From the NCBI GenBank assembly GCA_002269645.1, contig NIVC01000712.1, positions 452,250 to 516,249 on the forward strand: a stretch of DNA of 64,000 nt. The letters run 5' to 3'. The notes beneath the pieces are model-generated. The model ran no database searches and had not been told where the DNA came from. It saw nothing but the letters and a program-made list of their open reading frames with translations. The position numbers and the translations under genes were made by a program. Position 1 is the first letter of the stretch. Every line of letters starts with the position of its first letter. Of this stretch, positions 61,401-64,000 are shown in pieces. The DNA comes from Macrostomum lignano (taxonomy: Eukaryota).

Positions 61401-62102
61401 CTGTTGTAAAATAGATATTGTAGTTTAAAACTACGGAAGGGTCACTCCCCTTTGTTAAAAAATCGGACTTGTTAGGATATTGTGGGAGAATTGTTTCAAT
61501 GAGGTAATTTATTGGTTCGTCGGTTCAGTTATTAATCGCACACTGACCAGAAACCAATAAATATCTGTACTCTACGCATTGGAGTAAGGACGCGCGATCG
61601 ATTTAGCGATAAAATTAATATTTTTACCAATTTCAAAACGATAAAGAGATGAGTTCTTACTGTCCTACTGATAGTAGAAACACAAGAAATGGCGTGCAAA
61701 AAGACTTGCTGTTTTGCAGCTACAGTATTAAGATATAGGCCTAATCAAATTAAAATTCATACACTGCAAGCACCATTCTCGTTAAGGACAGCCCTCCAAA
61801 GAACTGTGCAGCAAGGACAGCCTCACAAAGGACAGCCTCCAAACGAACGAACGACTGCGCTCCAACAGTATGACACCCCACCAATCAGTATTATGCCCCA
61901 AGCATGGCGCCCCCATGCAGTGTGACATCCAAAAGCATTCAACCCACCCTAAGCAAAAAACCTGATTCCGCTCAGAAATCCCAGTTGTGGCTAATTTGGT
62001 GCAAGAAATTAAGCTGCGCATCACTCACAGTTGCAGTGCAGCAGACAGCAGCAGAAGAGTCGCCAGGCTTCTGCCAATCGCTATCTGCAGATTCAGTCGC
62101 AT
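58479..62102 (-). CDS. Receptor gene copy E (two 1-bp deletions; pseudogene or sequencing error); exons 62102-62029, 61372-61077, 60885-60479, 59226-59055, 58956-58479
   Basis: Splice sites conserved. Exon 3 is 407 nt versus 408 in B (TT versus TTT at ~60482), and one base is missing in the tail (~58553). Exons 3-5 and intron 3 are very close to copy B. Confidence 0.75.
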
Positions 62103-64000
62103 GTCGCTCACTTCCGGCATCTAAAAATCCCGATTAGGGTTAGATGCAGTATGTAGACTCTGTTTCTTTCTGCATCAGGATTTATAGGGAGGCTTGAAAC
62201 TGCCCAAAGAAATTTGCATTAAAATCAAAGTACTTTACGTGAGGTATATTAGTGCTCGTATTTATTAATTGGACTAAATTTCCAAGATTTTTGTGTAATG
62301 CATTGCACCAACTGTAAAATTCGCTGGGTGGGGTCACCTACCTAACTATGGTCCCCCCAATCATAAGTACATGAATACATGTACTACTAACTTTTGCACT
62401 CTGATTTATGTCCTCGTACGAATGTACATGTAGGGACAATTACATGACTCTAGTCCAGTTTTAAACTCCAGGAACTCTAGCTGCAAGCAATAAAGTACGT
62501 ATGGATTTTTTATCAGTATGAAATTCTTGAATTGTGAAAGAGAGAACAAAAATTTTAATTGGGGTCAGACAAAAAGCGCCAGTTCAATTGCTTGGAATAA
62601 GTTGTTGGGCTGAGCCACGCGGTAGCCCCGCTAGGCACCCCCTTTAAACAACAAAAATTTTTGACTAAATTTTGCAGAGGCTAAAAACTTCTTTTGTACG
62701 TTCGTAATACGCTTAATTTTAATTTCGATCTAGCGAAATTTTAACCTTATGAAGTCTCTTGCTAGAGTTCAGTTACGGCGCAGGGGGGAGGGGGCAGGGG
62801 GGGCAACTGCCCCCGGGTGACCACAGGTCACTGTCTCAAGGGGGGGGGGTGACGACCCCACCATCCCCACGGCCCTAGAAAAGACCCTAGGAATGGAGGG
62901 AGATGGTCACCCCTGTAATGCAACTTGCATCAATGATTAAAAATGCATTTTTATAAGAATTTTCGTGTTGTAAATTCGTTTTGTAAGAAGTGTGACCGCC
63001 TTGTAAGGGTAAGGGTTTAATTGTAAAGGGGTGACCACCTAACTACTGCCCCCCCCCCAACCAGAGATACTGCGCTACCACTGCTTAAGCTTTCAATGTT
63101 CTAAAATTTCAACCCTGTAAAGTTTCGACCTATAGTGAGATAATTTACTTTTCGACGTTGTGAAATTTCGACGTTGTGAAATTTCGACCTTGTGAAAGCA
63201 CCCCCCCTTACAGTGCACGTCTGGCACAAACCCGCGTAAACAGCCCTAGGCTCGTTCTCTTGAGGTTTTCTTTCGTGCAACAGAACAATATAACAGTATG
63301 CATGTATAATTACGAGTATATAAAAAATCTATTTTGAAACGTCATCTGATTTCCAAATGTGTTTGTTCGATTATATTGCATGTATCATCGAAGATGCTGC
63401 CGCAACGCAATAATGGTTTGCTGACATCGGTCTGACGCTCGTAGTTCGTCACATTGCTGTACGACGAACTCCATCGATTGTTTTTAAATTAAAAAACAAA
63501 AAAAATTTTTTACGATAACGAGTAAATTTAAAAAAATAAAACCAACTTATAAATGTATTTATTGCGCAAAAACCTAGCTCATATAAGTTTTCTAAGTTAA
63601 GCGCAGATACCGCTACCAGGTTTTCCACGAAAATTCCAAACAGGGATTTTAATATATTTATTTGACTTAAAATGAAATGTACGAGTAGCAGCTAGCAAGT
63701 AATCATGGTTCACTCGACCATAATTATACTTGAATGCTTGCTATACTCTAATGACCCGAGTAGTTACATGAATGAGCATGATATATCATATATTACAGTG
63801 AAAATCCATCCGCGCATCCATCGAATTCAGCAATACGATATATGTACGAGCATGTACTGTATATAGCCCAATATGCAAGGCCTCGCGAACAAAAAACTGT
63901 TAGTTTAATTACGTAAAATATAAAATCTAGGAGCTTAGAAAACTTTTGACATTCTTTACTCATACTGTAGCTATCTTATCTAGCTCAGTTGCGGATCCAG

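Noticed and set aside
62770-63085. GC-rich MITE-like segment with CAGT..ACTG ends
   Set aside because: Terminal match is only about 10/14 and no TSD was found.
1-64000. Naming the source species (a free-living flatworm such as Macrostomum came to mind)
   Set aside because: Based only on overall style (short introns, minisatellites, GA tracts); not supportable without a database search.

Overview
Animal (invertebrate-type) genomic DNA with GT-AG introns, TTAGGG repeats, a tRNA-derived SINE and a THAP/P-element; no prokaryotic features. Most of the window is a rearranged tandem array of one multi-exon minus-strand gene, reconstructed by joining ORF fragments across splice sites. It encodes a ~487-aa type I membrane protein: signal peptide, CUB-like domain, atypical C-type-lectin-like domain, conserved stalk, TM helix and short tail. 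I recognise no gene name, and the domain calls are by eye. Copies: A (1-1521, partial), B (8483-13401, intact), C (23247-27507, intact), D (50065-53161, disrupted exon 3), E (58479-62102, two 1-bp deletions). There are also two orphan last-exon remnants (6558-6914, 18282-18480) and two 5'-flank-only modules. The copies are mosaics of each other, with variation concentrated in short patches and in the TM/tail. Insertions: a 3.5-kb P-element (TIRs, 8-bp TSD, one frameshift), a 41-bp TIR-only element with 8-bp TSD, two hAT-like MITEs, two SINEs, a foldback element, a ~2-kb probable solo LTR, and a 12-kb head-to-tail array of a non-autonomous Helitron-like element carrying telomeric repeats. Four minisatellites (14, 16, 16 and 17 bp) are expanded in a copy-specific way.
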